DNA of 51,955 bases from a virus (Duplodnaviria; Caudoviricetes): positions 1-51,955 of IMG/VR virus record IMGVR_UViG_3300032218_002598. One strand, written 5' to 3'. Below, piece after piece: positions 8,164 to 18,206 of this stretch. The first letter of the stretch is position 1. Every line of letters begins with the position of its first letter. A program made the translations under genes and the position numbers. A model generated the notes under the pieces. The model ran no database searches. It was not told the origin of the DNA and saw nothing but the letters and a program-made list of their open reading frames with translations.

Positions 8164-9161
8164 TACAATACTTTACCTTTGAAAATGCGTTTATTGTGGA
8201 ATTGATAATCAATCCCATTGGAGTCAAGTTCTACCATAGCGACCCCGTGGTTCCAGCGGTTCAAAGGCATGAAGGACGGGTGCAATTCACAAAGGGAGCC
8301 GATAGACCAAGTTGTTGTTATCTTTCCATCCATATTACTCTCAGTGTGCTCTGATGTAGCGTGGTTATGCCCCTGAAAAGCAGATACCTTGCCCCGAAGG
8401 TATAAGCCTCTAGCTATATTTACTGGCACCGATACACCGCCAATATATTCGTGTCCGTGAATACCATTAAGCTCATTTAACTTCATAAACTGATTAGAGG
8501 CAATCATATCTATCCCCCTTTCCCTAGCCTTTATTATATTGCTGAATTCAAAGTCCTCAATGCCAATTAATTCGTGGGCCTTCTGCATAAGAAAATGCTC
8601 ATATCTATTTTCATGGTTCCCACTTTTGAAAAATATCTTGCACTTTAATTCCTTGTTTATTACATCAAAGAAGGCCTTGAGAGTATCTATTTCATATTTG
8701 AAGTCGCGTTTTTTCGGATCCTTAATAAATCTACTCAGGTGGTGGCAGTCAATTATGTCTCCGTTCAGTAAAACGGCATCAACTTTTTCTTTTTTCAAAT
8801 ACCTGATTGCCTCGGTTAAAGCTATTAAATTATGGTACGGCAAATGTACATCTGTCATTATTCCTACCTTCTTATATCCCTTTATTATAAATGGGGCATA
8901 TTCGGTTTCTTCAGATGAAGGGAGATTATAAGGGTTATAAGGCCTATGTGAATCCATTTTAAAGCTATCACTATCTTTAATGTTTCTTCTATCTTTTGTT
9001 CCCTTCTTACCTTCTATGTATCTAAGGACACTTCTAGCATCTTCAACATCCTTATATAAGAGAGGATTTTCTTTAAACAATATTCTAGATACTTTAAGGG
9101 TAGGCATATCAGCTCCATATTTCAAGCGATACTCCTTAGCTGTTTGGGTTTTTACTGTCAT
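8163..9161 (-). CDS. Calcineurin-like metallophosphoesterase
   Basis: DVH, GDIID, GNHE, HGHE, GHNH motifs; start at 9161 (MTVKTQ) from ATGA overlap. Confidence 0.9.
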   Translation of the reverse strand: MTVKTQTAKEYRLKYGADMPTLKVSRILFKENPLLYKDVEDARSVLRYIEGKKGTKDRRNIKDSDSFKMDSHRPYNPYNLPSSEETEYAPFIIKGYKKVGIMTDVHLPYHNLIALTEAIRYLKKEKVDAVLLNGDIIDCHHLSRFIKDPKKRDFKYEIDTLKAFFDVINKELKCKIFFKSGNHENRYEHFLMQKAHELIGIEDFEFSNIIKARERGIDMIASNQFMKLNELNGIHGHEYIGGVSVPVNIARGLYLRGKVSAFQGHNHATSEHTESNMDGKITTTWSIGSLCELHPSFMPLNRWNHGVAMVELDSNGIDYQFHNKRIFKGKVL

Positions 9162-9715
9162 TTGGTTTCTATAAGTATATAGGTATAAATTCCTGTATCC
9201 CAATTTTTAACATCATACTTTCTCGCTAGACGCATAGAAGTACCGATAAAATCCTCCCATTGACTTGGGGGTATAGTTTGGCACCCTGCAGAAGAAGTCC
9301 CGTAGCTGCCTCCCCTATGTATGTTTATGCCGAACATTCCAGTATCTTCCCCTTTCTCATCTCTAACCACGGTTACCTTGCCTCCCCTTTGGCAAAGAGC
9401 CATATATTGTCCTTTGTGCTTATCAAATTTATAAACGGGCCATATGCCAGCCTTAAGATTGGCTATCCCCTTTACAAACCTTCTTGGGTCGCAGTTTCCA
9501 TTAAACGAAACGAACTCATCTTTAGAAACTATAAATAATGCATCATCATACATTGCCCTATCGTTCCCGTCAGGGTTCCCCATTGTCTTTTTATAGTAGC
9601 CTCGAATCCCTACCCAAAAGATATCAGGTATTTTATAATCAGGGTGGGTGGCAAGAACAAGATTAAGTACCTCTTGCTTTGTCATTTGTGGCCTCTTGTC
9701 TGGGAGTATTTTCAT
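9158..9715 (-). CDS. Putative endolysin, L,D-transpeptidase (YkuD)-like His/Cys catalytic motif
   Basis: GINIHRGG....SSAGCQ; directly follows holin-like and spanin-like genes; start 9715 (MKILPD) from ATGA overlap. Confidence 0.65.
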   Translation of the reverse strand: MKILPDKRPQMTKQEVLNLVLATHPDYKIPDIFWVGIRGYYKKTMGNPDGNDRAMYDDALFIVSKDEFVSFNGNCDPRRFVKGIANLKAGIWPVYKFDKHKGQYMALCQRGGKVTVVRDEKGEDTGMFGINIHRGGSYGTSSAGCQTIPPSQWEDFIGTSMRLARKYDVKNWDTGIYTYILIETK

Positions 9716-10185
9716 TTTCGTTTCCTTAAGTATAAATATAATAAAAACAAAATAAGCCCCCAACATATATATAAAATATATTTCAACTTATTTTGATAAC
9801 TATTTAACTTATCTAATTCATTATACAATCCCTTGTTAGTGGTTTCGCATAGCTTAATCTTAGCACTATCCTCATAGTAGATGGTAACTGATGGTAACCT
9901 TACGGGTACCTTTTTAATATAAACTAATGGCTTAGAGTGGACTAATTGAGCAGGCTTTGTAGAATCTATTGTAACTACCGTGATACTATCACAATATACT
10001 ATAAGAGTAGTGTCTATAAAGGAAGTATCAATCTTTGTAATAAAGCAGGGATAGTTAGTGCGAGTGAAGTCTGCTACTTTTTCGGGGTACTTCTTGTTGA
10101 TATTAAAAAGCTGCTTATCCGCCTTGTGGGAAGATAAACAGCCTTGTAAGGATGCAAGAAATAGGAAGGCAATTATTCGCCTCAT
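9712..10185 (-). CDS. Putative unimolecular spanin
   Basis: Lipobox LQG-C after a signal peptide plus C-terminal TM segment and basic tail. Confidence 0.65.
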   Translation of the reverse strand: MRRIIAFLFLASLQGCLSSHKADKQLFNINKKYPEKVADFTRTNYPCFITKIDTSFIDTTLIVYCDSITVVTIDSTKPAQLVHSKPLVYIKKVPVRLPSVTIYYEDSAKIKLCETTNKGLYNELDKLNSYQNKLKYILYICWGLILFLLYLYLRKRK

Positions 10186-10188
10186 ATT

Positions 10189-10425
10189 CTATGCTGTTTC
10201 TTTTTTCATAAATTGGCCATCAGAATTAGTGAACAACTGCTTGCTCAGGTATCCGAAAGCGGCTGCAACGGCTGCCTTAAGAATAGTAGTCCAATTGAAG
10301 TCAAATGAACCTGACTGAAGTATTGGTAGGATAAAACCTCCAATGGCTCCAAAGATTGCTGTGATTAACCCCTTGGTCAAGTCCAGCATGTTAATTTTCA
10401 TAAACGCAGATACTTTTGATAACAT
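10189..10425 (-). CDS. Holin-like membrane protein
   Basis: Two TM segments, GYL.K.LFTNS.G tail, position in lysis cassette. Confidence 0.65.
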   Translation of the reverse strand: MLSKVSAFMKINMLDLTKGLITAIFGAIGGFILPILQSGSFDFNWTTILKAAVAAAFGYLSKQLFTNSDGQFMKKETA

Positions 10426-10443
10426 GGTTTTGTTTTTTTATGA

Positions 10444-10662
10444 TTAAAATGGGATATCCCTCTTTGCCTGTTTTTTATTTTTCTTGATAGACCAATACCA
10501 ATTTATCCCTCCGAGGATACCAGTAACTAATGCTACAAGACTACAAGCTATTCTTAAATAAATATCTAAACTTTGAAGTGTGATTATTACCGTACACCAA
10601 GATACAAGGGTAAGGAAAGTCCCTACTAATGGGTTATGATGATTTTGCATTTGATCTGCCAT
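10444..10662 (-). CDS. Holin-like membrane protein
   Basis: Two TM segments and basic C-terminus. Confidence 0.6.
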   Translation of the reverse strand: MADQMQNHHNPLVGTFLTLVSWCTVIITLQSLDIYLRIACSLVALVTGILGGINWYWSIKKNKKQAKRDIPF

Positions 10663-10752
10663 TTTTTAATATTTTGTGGCCACTTCCTGTTACTTTGTTT
10701 TGCTAAAATAATACTGAATAACAATAAAAACCCTATATTTTATTAAAAACAA

Positions 10753-10980
10753 CTAAAGTAATTCCTTCATCCACCTCTCTATAGTCACCTCTAGGTATAT
10801 GATACCTATTTTGGGGGTGTAATATTCAACCCCCTCCCATATCCCAGCCCTTATCTCCTCTATATCATCATAAGGATAACTGCTCTTTATATACTCAGTA
10901 AGGATTGGATTTACCTTCACCTTCAAAGTCTCCCAAGACTCCTCATCTCCATCTACACATCTTTGAAAAAGGTCTAGCAT
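10753..10980 (-). CDS. Small acidic hypothetical protein
   Basis: 75-aa ORF following tail gene. Confidence 0.65.
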   Translation of the reverse strand: MLDLFQRCVDGDEESWETLKVKVNPILTEYIKSSYPYDDIEEIRAGIWEGVEYYTPKIGIIYLEVTIERWMKELL

Positions 10981-10982
10981 AT

Positions 10983-12185
10983 TTAATAAGCATACCCGCT
11001 GCCAATAGTATTGGGATAAGTGAAATTTCTAATATTTAAACAATCAGTTATTGTTCCGTTAAAGTCCCAAATAGTCCTTCCCCCATTTGCATTTATCCTT
11101 GTAAAGTTTGCTAATACATTTTGTTTACAACCTTTAGCTAAATTAAATGATGCTCTATTAACTGAACCTGATGAGGTAAATAAAGGAGCAACAGCTCTAT
11201 AAGATGTATAACTATTAAATGCCTTATTAACTGTATAAGTTGCAGAAGAATCTAAAGTTGTTGTTGTTGTTGCTGTTGTGTTATTCATATTCAAAGTATC
11301 AACGCTAAATCCTCCTATACCTGTAAAGGTTATATTTCCTGTTAATGTCATTTGTCTTGTGGAAGTAAACAAAGAATTTAATCTTATTGTCGTATTTGTA
11401 TTTGTTGTTACCGTACCCCAATTGATTCCATTGGTATTAAATATTGTATTTGCACCTATTGCTAATGTTGCAGCTGAAGCTACATTGACAGTTCCTGCCG
11501 TATAAGTAAATGTACCATTAGCATAACCCATTGTTCCAATAGTAATAGTTCCACTTGTATTTATAACGATACTATTTTGAATACTATTATTTACATTTGT
11601 TGTACTAATGGTTCCTGTTCCTATCATATTAACAACAGTAGTTCCTATCCCTGTTGAACCAGGCTGAAAACTTCCCTTGACATAAATGTTATTACCATTC
11701 AATGTTATATTTGCAAGAAGATTAAGATTAATAGTTAAATTATCATTCAATGTACAAGTACCTGCACCATCTAATCCACCTGTAAAAGTTTTTCCATTGC
11801 TTGTAATTGACGAAGTTCCTGATAATACTATATAGCCTAAACCTCCTATAGTCATATTTGCACCAAATACTATACCTCCTGCTACTTGTAAATTAGCATT
11901 AAATGTTAGTGTTGCACTATATCCACTTCCAACAAAAAAATAAGACAAAAAAGCAGTTGTTGCACTTATCGTACTATTAGAATTAGCAGTTACCCCTGTT
12001 CCTGTAAAATATACAGAATCAGAAGTTGTAGGAGCAGCAACTCTTATAGTGCCTCCATCTGTGGCAGCCCAATTAGTAATTGGCGAAGCATTCCAATTGG
12101 CAGTAGTTCCGCCACCAACCCAATACTTTGTAGCAGCATTAGCATTAAAAGAAATTAAAAGCAATATGATAATTAACAATCTCAT
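10983..12185 (-). CDS. Beta-helix-like tail/adhesin protein with Sec signal peptide
   Basis: MRLLIIILLLISFNANA-ATKYWVGG..NW; Thr/Gly/Asn-rich; paralog of 12182..13420. Confidence 0.75.
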   Translation of the reverse strand: MRLLIIILLLISFNANAATKYWVGGGTTANWNASPITNWAATDGGTIRVAAPTTSDSVYFTGTGVTANSNSTISATTAFLSYFFVGSGYSATLTFNANLQVAGGIVFGANMTIGGLGYIVLSGTSSITSNGKTFTGGLDGAGTCTLNDNLTINLNLLANITLNGNNIYVKGSFQPGSTGIGTTVVNMIGTGTISTTNVNNSIQNSIVINTSGTITIGTMGYANGTFTYTAGTVNVASAATLAIGANTIFNTNGINWGTVTTNTNTTIRLNSLFTSTRQMTLTGNITFTGIGGFSVDTLNMNNTTATTTTTLDSSATYTVNKAFNSYTSYRAVAPLFTSSGSVNRASFNLAKGCKQNVLANFTRINANGGRTIWDFNGTITDCLNIRNFTYPNTIGSGYAY

Positions 12186-13420
12186 TGTACAAATGTATTA
12201 CCTATTGTGTTTTGGTCATTAAAAGATTTTACATTCAAGCAATCCGTTATTGTTCCATTAAAAGTCCAAATAGTATTTTTAGATGCGTTTACCCTTGTAA
12301 AATTCGCCAATATATTAGGAACGCAACCTTGCGTTAAATTCAATTTCGTTCTATTTGCAGAGCCTGAAGAAGTAATTAAAGGAGCAACTCCTATTCTACT
12401 TGTATAGCAATTAAATTGTTTATTAACGGTATAAGTAGCTGCCGAATCTAAAGTTATCGTACCTGTTGCAGTTGTGTGATTTAAGTTTAATGTATCAATA
12501 TTAAAACCCCCTGTACCTGTAAAAGTTAAATTACCACTTGCTAAAGTTGCTTGTCTTGTACAAGTCAATAATGAATTTAATCTTATTGTAGATGTAGCAG
12601 CAAAAGTAACAAGATTACCCCAAGACATTCCATTGGTATTATATATCCCTGAATTAAAAGTTATAGGATTACTCCCTCCTACAATAGTTCCTGATGTATA
12701 AGTAATGGTAGGAGTAGTTGCTCCTGTTGCATCCCCTAAATTTAATGCTCCTGAAGAACTTCCAAGAGTAATTGTTCCACTTGTATTAAATGTTAATGAA
12801 GTTTGAATACTAAATACATTACCTGAATTATGCAATGTTCCTGTTCCTATCATTTGCAAAACAGTTGTTCCTGATATTGTAGTTGTATTTGTTGTAACTA
12901 AATTTGTTAAAGTTGACAATGTATTTCCATTTATAGCTACAGTTGTAAAAGTTAAACTATTTGCAGTCCAATTATCAACCAATGTTTTTGTTCCTGTTGA
13001 TAATGATAAAGTATTGGGAAATGTCTTACCATTACTTGTCATTGTTGCTGCTGCTGCTATTGATAAAGGACTTGTTCCACTACCAAAAGTCATATTTGCT
13101 CCAAAGGTAATATCGCCATTTACTGTTAACCCTGTAGCGAAATTTAATTGTGATGAATAACCGCTACCAATAAAAAGAAATGCAACTATTTGAGTGTTAG
13201 CAATAGAACTATTTGAATTAGCAGTTACCCCTGTTCCTGTAAAATACACCGAATCGGTTGAAATTGGAGCAGCAACTCTTGTAGTGCCTCCATCTGTGGC
13301 AGCCCAATTTGTTGTAGGGGATGCGCTCCAATTGGCATTAGTCCCTCCACCTATCCAATACCTACGCGTTGCGTTAGCATTAAAAGAAACAAATAAAAGT
13401 AATATTAATAAATATCTCAT
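11980..13420 (-). repeat. About 200-bp imperfect direct repeat at the 5' ends of two tandem paralogs (approx. 11980-12185 and 13215-13420)
   Basis: Shared blocks AATTAGCAGTTACCCCTGTTCCTGTAAAATA and TAGTGCCTCCATCTGTGGCAGCCCAATT. Confidence 0.85.
12182..13420 (-). CDS. Beta-helix-like tail/adhesin protein with Sec signal peptide
   Basis: MRYLLILLLFVSFNANA-TRRYWIGG..NW; paralog of 10983..12185. Confidence 0.75.
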   Translation of the reverse strand: MRYLLILLLFVSFNANATRRYWIGGGTNANWSASPTTNWAATDGGTTRVAAPISTDSVYFTGTGVTANSNSSIANTQIVAFLFIGSGYSSQLNFATGLTVNGDITFGANMTFGSGTSPLSIAAAATMTSNGKTFPNTLSLSTGTKTLVDNWTANSLTFTTVAINGNTLSTLTNLVTTNTTTISGTTVLQMIGTGTLHNSGNVFSIQTSLTFNTSGTITLGSSSGALNLGDATGATTPTITYTSGTIVGGSNPITFNSGIYNTNGMSWGNLVTFAATSTIRLNSLLTCTRQATLASGNLTFTGTGGFNIDTLNLNHTTATGTITLDSAATYTVNKQFNCYTSRIGVAPLITSSGSANRTKLNLTQGCVPNILANFTRVNASKNTIWTFNGTITDCLNVKSFNDQNTIGNTFVQ

Positions 13421-13656
13421 ACTTCGTCAGAAGGTAAATTTGGCATTATATCAAGTCCTATTTCTCCAAGTCTATCTCTCCTTTCACTTACTGCTCTGTT
13501 TGCTATCCCTATAAGAATATCAACATCGCTTTCAGGTCTAAAATGAGCAATAGAAATAATAAATGGAGTATTGTCATCAAATTGATAACGGACTTCCGTT
13601 ACTACTGTATCAGCATCTTGCTGAGTTTTGCTAAGTATTTCCCAACTTGTTTTCAT
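13417..13656 (-). CDS. Small hypothetical protein, possible fibre chaperone
   Basis: 79-aa ORF coupled between fibre-like genes. Confidence 0.65.
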   Translation of the reverse strand: MKTSWEILSKTQQDADTVVTEVRYQFDDNTPFIISIAHFRPESDVDILIGIANRAVSERRDRLGEIGLDIMPNLPSDEV

Positions 13657-16600
13657 TAGTTTTTAGTATATTTTATGAACACATTTAATCTTGTTATCGT
13701 AGTTGCACTTGTAGCAACAAACTCAATAATATCCCCAGCAGCTACTGTTGTACTTGTCCAACCACTTACCGAAGCCGATGCGCTTGATGCAGATGTCAAT
13801 GTTGGGCTATTCCCACCTCCTATTATAGATGTCCCACTTCTCTTAACATCTATAACCGCAGAGCCACTCACATCACTATTTAATGCCCATCCTGTTATTG
13901 TCCCTGCTGAAGGAATATATACATACCCATAAGAAGTTGAAGCCGCAACGATAACGCCACCTTGTCCATCAATAGTTGTTCCAAATGATGCTAATTTTAA
14001 ATTACTTAAAGATGAAGTCTTGGCGTAAGGTGAAAGCATGGCTGCTGTATCTGATATATTAAGTTTGTTATTAAATGTTGTCCAATCCGTAGAAGATAAA
14101 GCACCTCTTTTAGTAGCTGATGCAGTAGGTAAGTTGAATGTGTGAGTAGTCCCTGAAGAAACTATTTTAAAATCACTTGAATCTGTCCCTGTTACCATTG
14201 TTTGAGCAGCACCTGTTAAAGAGTTAATTGCAGTTATTCCTGTTCCTGCCATTATACCACTTTGTTGTGTTACAGTAAGAATTACTGATGCAGTTGATGG
14301 AGGAGGATTTCCTGCAGGATTATAAGAAATATAAACAGAAGTATTTGCAGTACTCCAAACAAATTCATAATAATCTCCTGCTACTGCATCTAATAAAAAG
14401 TTCCAAGATGGTAATGTATGCCCATCAAATGATCCATGTTTTGCAGGAACTAATACAATCCCTGATGAACCTGCAACATTAACACCATTTTTTCTAAGCC
14501 AAATAGTTACATCATGTTCTGCTGATGTAGGATTTGTAAATTGAGCAGACCATTGAATGTTGTAAATACCTGTATTAGCTATTGTAACTCTTGATTCACT
14601 AACGATTGTAACCTGATTTGATAAATCAGTCAATCTTAATTTCATTGGATAGCCTGTATTAATAACTGCAGCAGTTTGATTAATTGTATCTTGGAATGCC
14701 CCGTAATATCCCAAAGGAGTAGGAGTCGCAGTATTGTTAAGATTACCAGCACCTGTAAGCGTAAGGCCACTACCTATAGTAACTTCCTGCATTACCCCAG
14801 TACCTGCTGAATATCTACCAATAAGTTTATTAGTAGCCATAGATGTAGAAATAACAGGGGCCGTTCCTCCACTTGATGTTATAGGGCTTGTAGCTGTTAC
14901 TCCTGTAACCCACTTCCCTGTTGTATCTATTATTCTTAGATATTTTGTACTTAATGTTGCTGTATCTACTTTTATAGTTCCTGTTGTTGTGATTGGATCT
15001 GGAGTATTTGCAATACCGTAGCCTTGAGATATGCTTGTAACGGTTCCTGTCGATGCTGCTGCATTTTTGTATTGATATACCCAAGCACTATTCTTTCTTG
15101 CATATATTGAGTCATTAGAACGCTTTAATGAATCAATTGTATTCCCTGCACCTACTAATATAGTTAGCGTATCATAAAAACTACACCCTAAAGGCGTATC
15201 AATAGTATTAAGTACATATTTAAATTCTCCATACGCAGTTGGTGTTATTGATAAATATGGCCAATATGAAATTGGAATCGGGGTTGGAGTTAATGTTGGA
15301 TTAGTTATACCACTGCCTAATTCAGGATATGCAGACCAATAGTATTGAGGATAGCCACTAGTCTCTAACACCGAATTCCTTGGCTGTACATTAAAACTAT
15401 CTCCAAGATTTAATAAAGCCTTTGATGCGTTAATATATGTTTGATATCTTGGAATTATTGTAGCTGTACCACCTATTATAAAATTAGATAAACAATGGGT
15501 TAAAGTGTCATACAATTTGAATTTAAAATATGTCGTTACTCCTATTGGATAAGGATAATAATATCCCAATATAGGGGGACTATTATAACTTGGGGTTCTT
15601 GTTTCTGCTAAAAAATTACCTAAAGTATCATACCACCATACTGAATAATTTTTGTTAATACTAGTATCAATATCAATAACACATGAAGGTACCTCAGTTC
15701 CACATTGAGTTGATGGAGTAAATCCTGTTCCAAATATATTATAATTGCAAGGGGGATTGCTTGAAGCATTAGCTATTCTTACGTCAGCTCCTATTCTATA
15801 TACATCCCCATAACTTAATGAATCATAAGCAGAAGAATCTGTTTGGAAAGACGGCACGCTATCTATTCTTAGATTAGCCATTATTAGCCTGTGTGATGAA
15901 CTATCCCCTTGGTCTGTTACTTGCTGTAAATTTGGAGTATATTGAGTGTATTGATAAATGAAAGAAGTGTCCCCATTTTTCCTAGCATATACAGAATCCC
16001 CTATTATTTTTAAAGAGTCTATAGCTATGTTTGTTGAATCTATGTATTGGAATACCCATTGACCATTTTTTCTAGCAAAAACAGAATCAGATACTCTTTT
16101 AAGACTATCTATTGGGTGTTGATAAACTGTTATGGTAATTGAATCTAATCTTGAGCAAGACCTATCAGGGTCAGTAGAGAATAAATAATAAGTGTATGTC
16201 CCTACTTCAGTAGGTATAACAGGATAATTTGAAATATACCATGTAGGTGTTGGATTTATTATTCCGCTTCCTAATTCAGGGGTTGCAGTTATTGTCCATT
16301 GATAATAATTAGCATAATCAAATGTTATTTGGTCTGCTGATAATAATAATGTATCTCCCAAAGTTATGTTTGTATTATTAGCATAAAAATGAACTGAATC
16401 TGTTGGAGTTGTTTCTACAATAACCATCCCTTTTTCTGATTCATAAGCACATCCTAAGCTATCAGGCTTGTATGTAGTTACATAAAAAGTATCAGTATTA
16501 GTTACAAAAATACTATCTAAATAAGAAACTGAATAGCAACTTGCATAATAATCTCTTTTACCTTCTTTAACTATTTCATTTTTTGAATTACGCCATCTAA

Positions 16601-17792
16601 AATAAACATTAGAATCGCAATAATTTAGAAATGCAACTACATATCCTCCAACAGGAATGTAACCAACTCCACAAATACTATAAGTAGCACTTGTATAAGG
16701 AGTTGGCATTGTAGGGCAATTACCTTTTGTTATTCTTACATCGTTCCCAATTCTATAAACATTATTTGAATCTAAAGCAGTATTTGCTTCCCCATCAGTA
16801 TTAAATGCGAGGATGCTATCTATTTGAAGATTTGCAATTGTTATTTTATTTGTTGTAATACTTCCCGAATCAGTTACCCTTTGTAAATTCCAATTTTCAA
16901 AAGCGGGAGGGGTTGGAAATTCGGCTCTTTTTAACGTATCATTTTCAAAAACTGCCATATAAGAACCTGATGAAGTTATTGGCAAATTTGTAGTAGGATT
17001 TAACCAAACCGATTTTCCCATATGATATATAGGAGCATTGTCAGAACGAAGTGTTATCCCTTCATTACCAACTGATTCTATTTTAATTCCGCCAACATTT
17101 GGCGTTGCATTTTTTAGCCACAAATTATTCAAACCATAAATATAAGAATTAATTGCATCAAGTTCAAACTCCTTTAATGGCGATATAATTAGCTTAGATT
17201 TTAAATAATTATTGCCATATCCATAAATAGTAGTTGTATTGCTATCCAACATTCCACCCAATCCAATGCTATCAGTTCCCGATAAACCATTATATCCTTT
17301 TTTAGTTACACCCGTTCCTACACTATCTTTAATTTGATATGTTATACCATTTCTTTTATAATAGATAGAATCCTTTCCTGTTTTCCTATAAATAGTATCT
17401 ACAAAATTACCTACTGATCCTATGCTATCTTTAATAGCATATCTAATCCCATTTATTTTAAATATTATACTATCCTTTCCTGAAGTTCTATATATGGTAT
17501 CTACCGCCCTTGTTATAGAAGAAGAACCTCCCACTTGCAACCATCTCTTAGGACTACAAGCCCTATACCATAATAAGTTCCCTGTGTAAGTAAATATTAT
17601 CTTACCACAAGAATCTAAAGTGTATGCTGCATTTGCAGCTATTGTGTCTTTGTAAACGGGAACCCTAAAACTACTCCCTGTAAATAGGTTATAATCAAAT
17701 ACGGTTATCTGATTGTTTGACCTGTAGCTTATTGGCTGCGCTATGCCTTCAAATGAAAAAAAAAACAAAAGAATTATTACTAAGTACCTCAT
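13656..17792 (-). CDS. Large mosaic tail-fibre-like protein with signal peptide and duplicated Ig-like module
   Basis: MRYLVIILLFFFSFEGIA-Q; VDTIYR..GKDSI twice; about 320-aa module (LQ.VTD.G...PELGSGI.NPT...IDSLKR..DS..ARKN) twice; fibre-type motifs GTVTSI, LPTASATKRGALSSTDWTTFNNK. Confidence 0.8.
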   Translation of the reverse strand: MRYLVIILLFFFSFEGIAQPISYRSNNQITVFDYNLFTGSSFRVPVYKDTIAANAAYTLDSCGKIIFTYTGNLLWYRACSPKRWLQVGGSSSITRAVDTIYRTSGKDSIIFKINGIRYAIKDSIGSVGNFVDTIYRKTGKDSIYYKRNGITYQIKDSVGTGVTKKGYNGLSGTDSIGLGGMLDSNTTTIYGYGNNYLKSKLIISPLKEFELDAINSYIYGLNNLWLKNATPNVGGIKIESVGNEGITLRSDNAPIYHMGKSVWLNPTTNLPITSSGSYMAVFENDTLKRAEFPTPPAFENWNLQRVTDSGSITTNKITIANLQIDSILAFNTDGEANTALDSNNVYRIGNDVRITKGNCPTMPTPYTSATYSICGVGYIPVGGYVVAFLNYCDSNVYFRWRNSKNEIVKEGKRDYYASCYSVSYLDSIFVTNTDTFYVTTYKPDSLGCAYESEKGMVIVETTPTDSVHFYANNTNITLGDTLLLSADQITFDYANYYQWTITATPELGSGIINPTPTWYISNYPVIPTEVGTYTYYLFSTDPDRSCSRLDSITITVYQHPIDSLKRVSDSVFARKNGQWVFQYIDSTNIAIDSLKIIGDSVYARKNGDTSFIYQYTQYTPNLQQVTDQGDSSSHRLIMANLRIDSVPSFQTDSSAYDSLSYGDVYRIGADVRIANASSNPPCNYNIFGTGFTPSTQCGTEVPSCVIDIDTSINKNYSVWWYDTLGNFLAETRTPSYNSPPILGYYYPYPIGVTTYFKFKLYDTLTHCLSNFIIGGTATIIPRYQTYINASKALLNLGDSFNVQPRNSVLETSGYPQYYWSAYPELGSGITNPTLTPTPIPISYWPYLSITPTAYGEFKYVLNTIDTPLGCSFYDTLTILVGAGNTIDSLKRSNDSIYARKNSAWVYQYKNAAASTGTVTSISQGYGIANTPDPITTTGTIKVDTATLSTKYLRIIDTTGKWVTGVTATSPITSSGGTAPVISTSMATNKLIGRYSAGTGVMQEVTIGSGLTLTGAGNLNNTATPTPLGYYGAFQDTINQTAAVINTGYPMKLRLTDLSNQVTIVSESRVTIANTGIYNIQWSAQFTNPTSAEHDVTIWLRKNGVNVAGSSGIVLVPAKHGSFDGHTLPSWNFLLDAVAGDYYEFVWSTANTSVYISYNPAGNPPPSTASVILTVTQQSGIMAGTGITAINSLTGAAQTMVTGTDSSDFKIVSSGTTHTFNLPTASATKRGALSSTDWTTFNNKLNISDTAAMLSPYAKTSSLSNLKLASFGTTIDGQGGVIVAASTSYGYVYIPSAGTITGWALNSDVSGSAVIDVKRSGTSIIGGGNSPTLTSASSASASVSGWTSTTVAAGDIIEFVATSATTITRLNVFIKYTKN

Positions 17793-18196
17793 ATGTTGTT
17801 TGTTTGTAATACTACGCTAAATTGTGGATTCCCTGAGAAAGCATTAAATCCAGGGAGTGTTATCTTAATACCTGTTGCAGTATATATAAAAGCATTTTGT
17901 GTATCTGTGTACCAATTAGCTGAATACTGATTAACGTATATCATTAGTTTATCTCCCACTATATCGGGATTATTATAAGACACTCCATCAAGAGCAAAGT
18001 CATTACCTGATATAACGAATGGATATATGTTAACAGTTTGTGGTACTGGGTTTACTACTCCCCCGAATATTACCTGTGCTTCAAGGGCAAACTTACCACA
18101 CATCCAATATAGATAGTCAGAAACCCCATCTATTGTGGGGTTATTATAGGCTGTTACACCTCCTGAAAATTGTGTTACTGATGCTTGTATTGGCAT
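17789..18196 (-). CDS. Virion structural protein, apparent C-terminal part of a split gene
   Basis: Starts IQASVTQFSGGV, then DYLYWMCGKFALEAQ; appears to continue 19927..20475. Confidence 0.7.
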   Translation of the reverse strand: MPIQASVTQFSGGVTAYNNPTIDGVSDYLYWMCGKFALEAQVIFGGVVNPVPQTVNIYPFVISGNDFALDGVSYNNPDIVGDKLMIYVNQYSANWYTDTQNAFIYTATGIKITLPGFNAFSGNPQFSVVLQTNNI

Positions 18197-18206
18197 TATT
18201 AATTAA

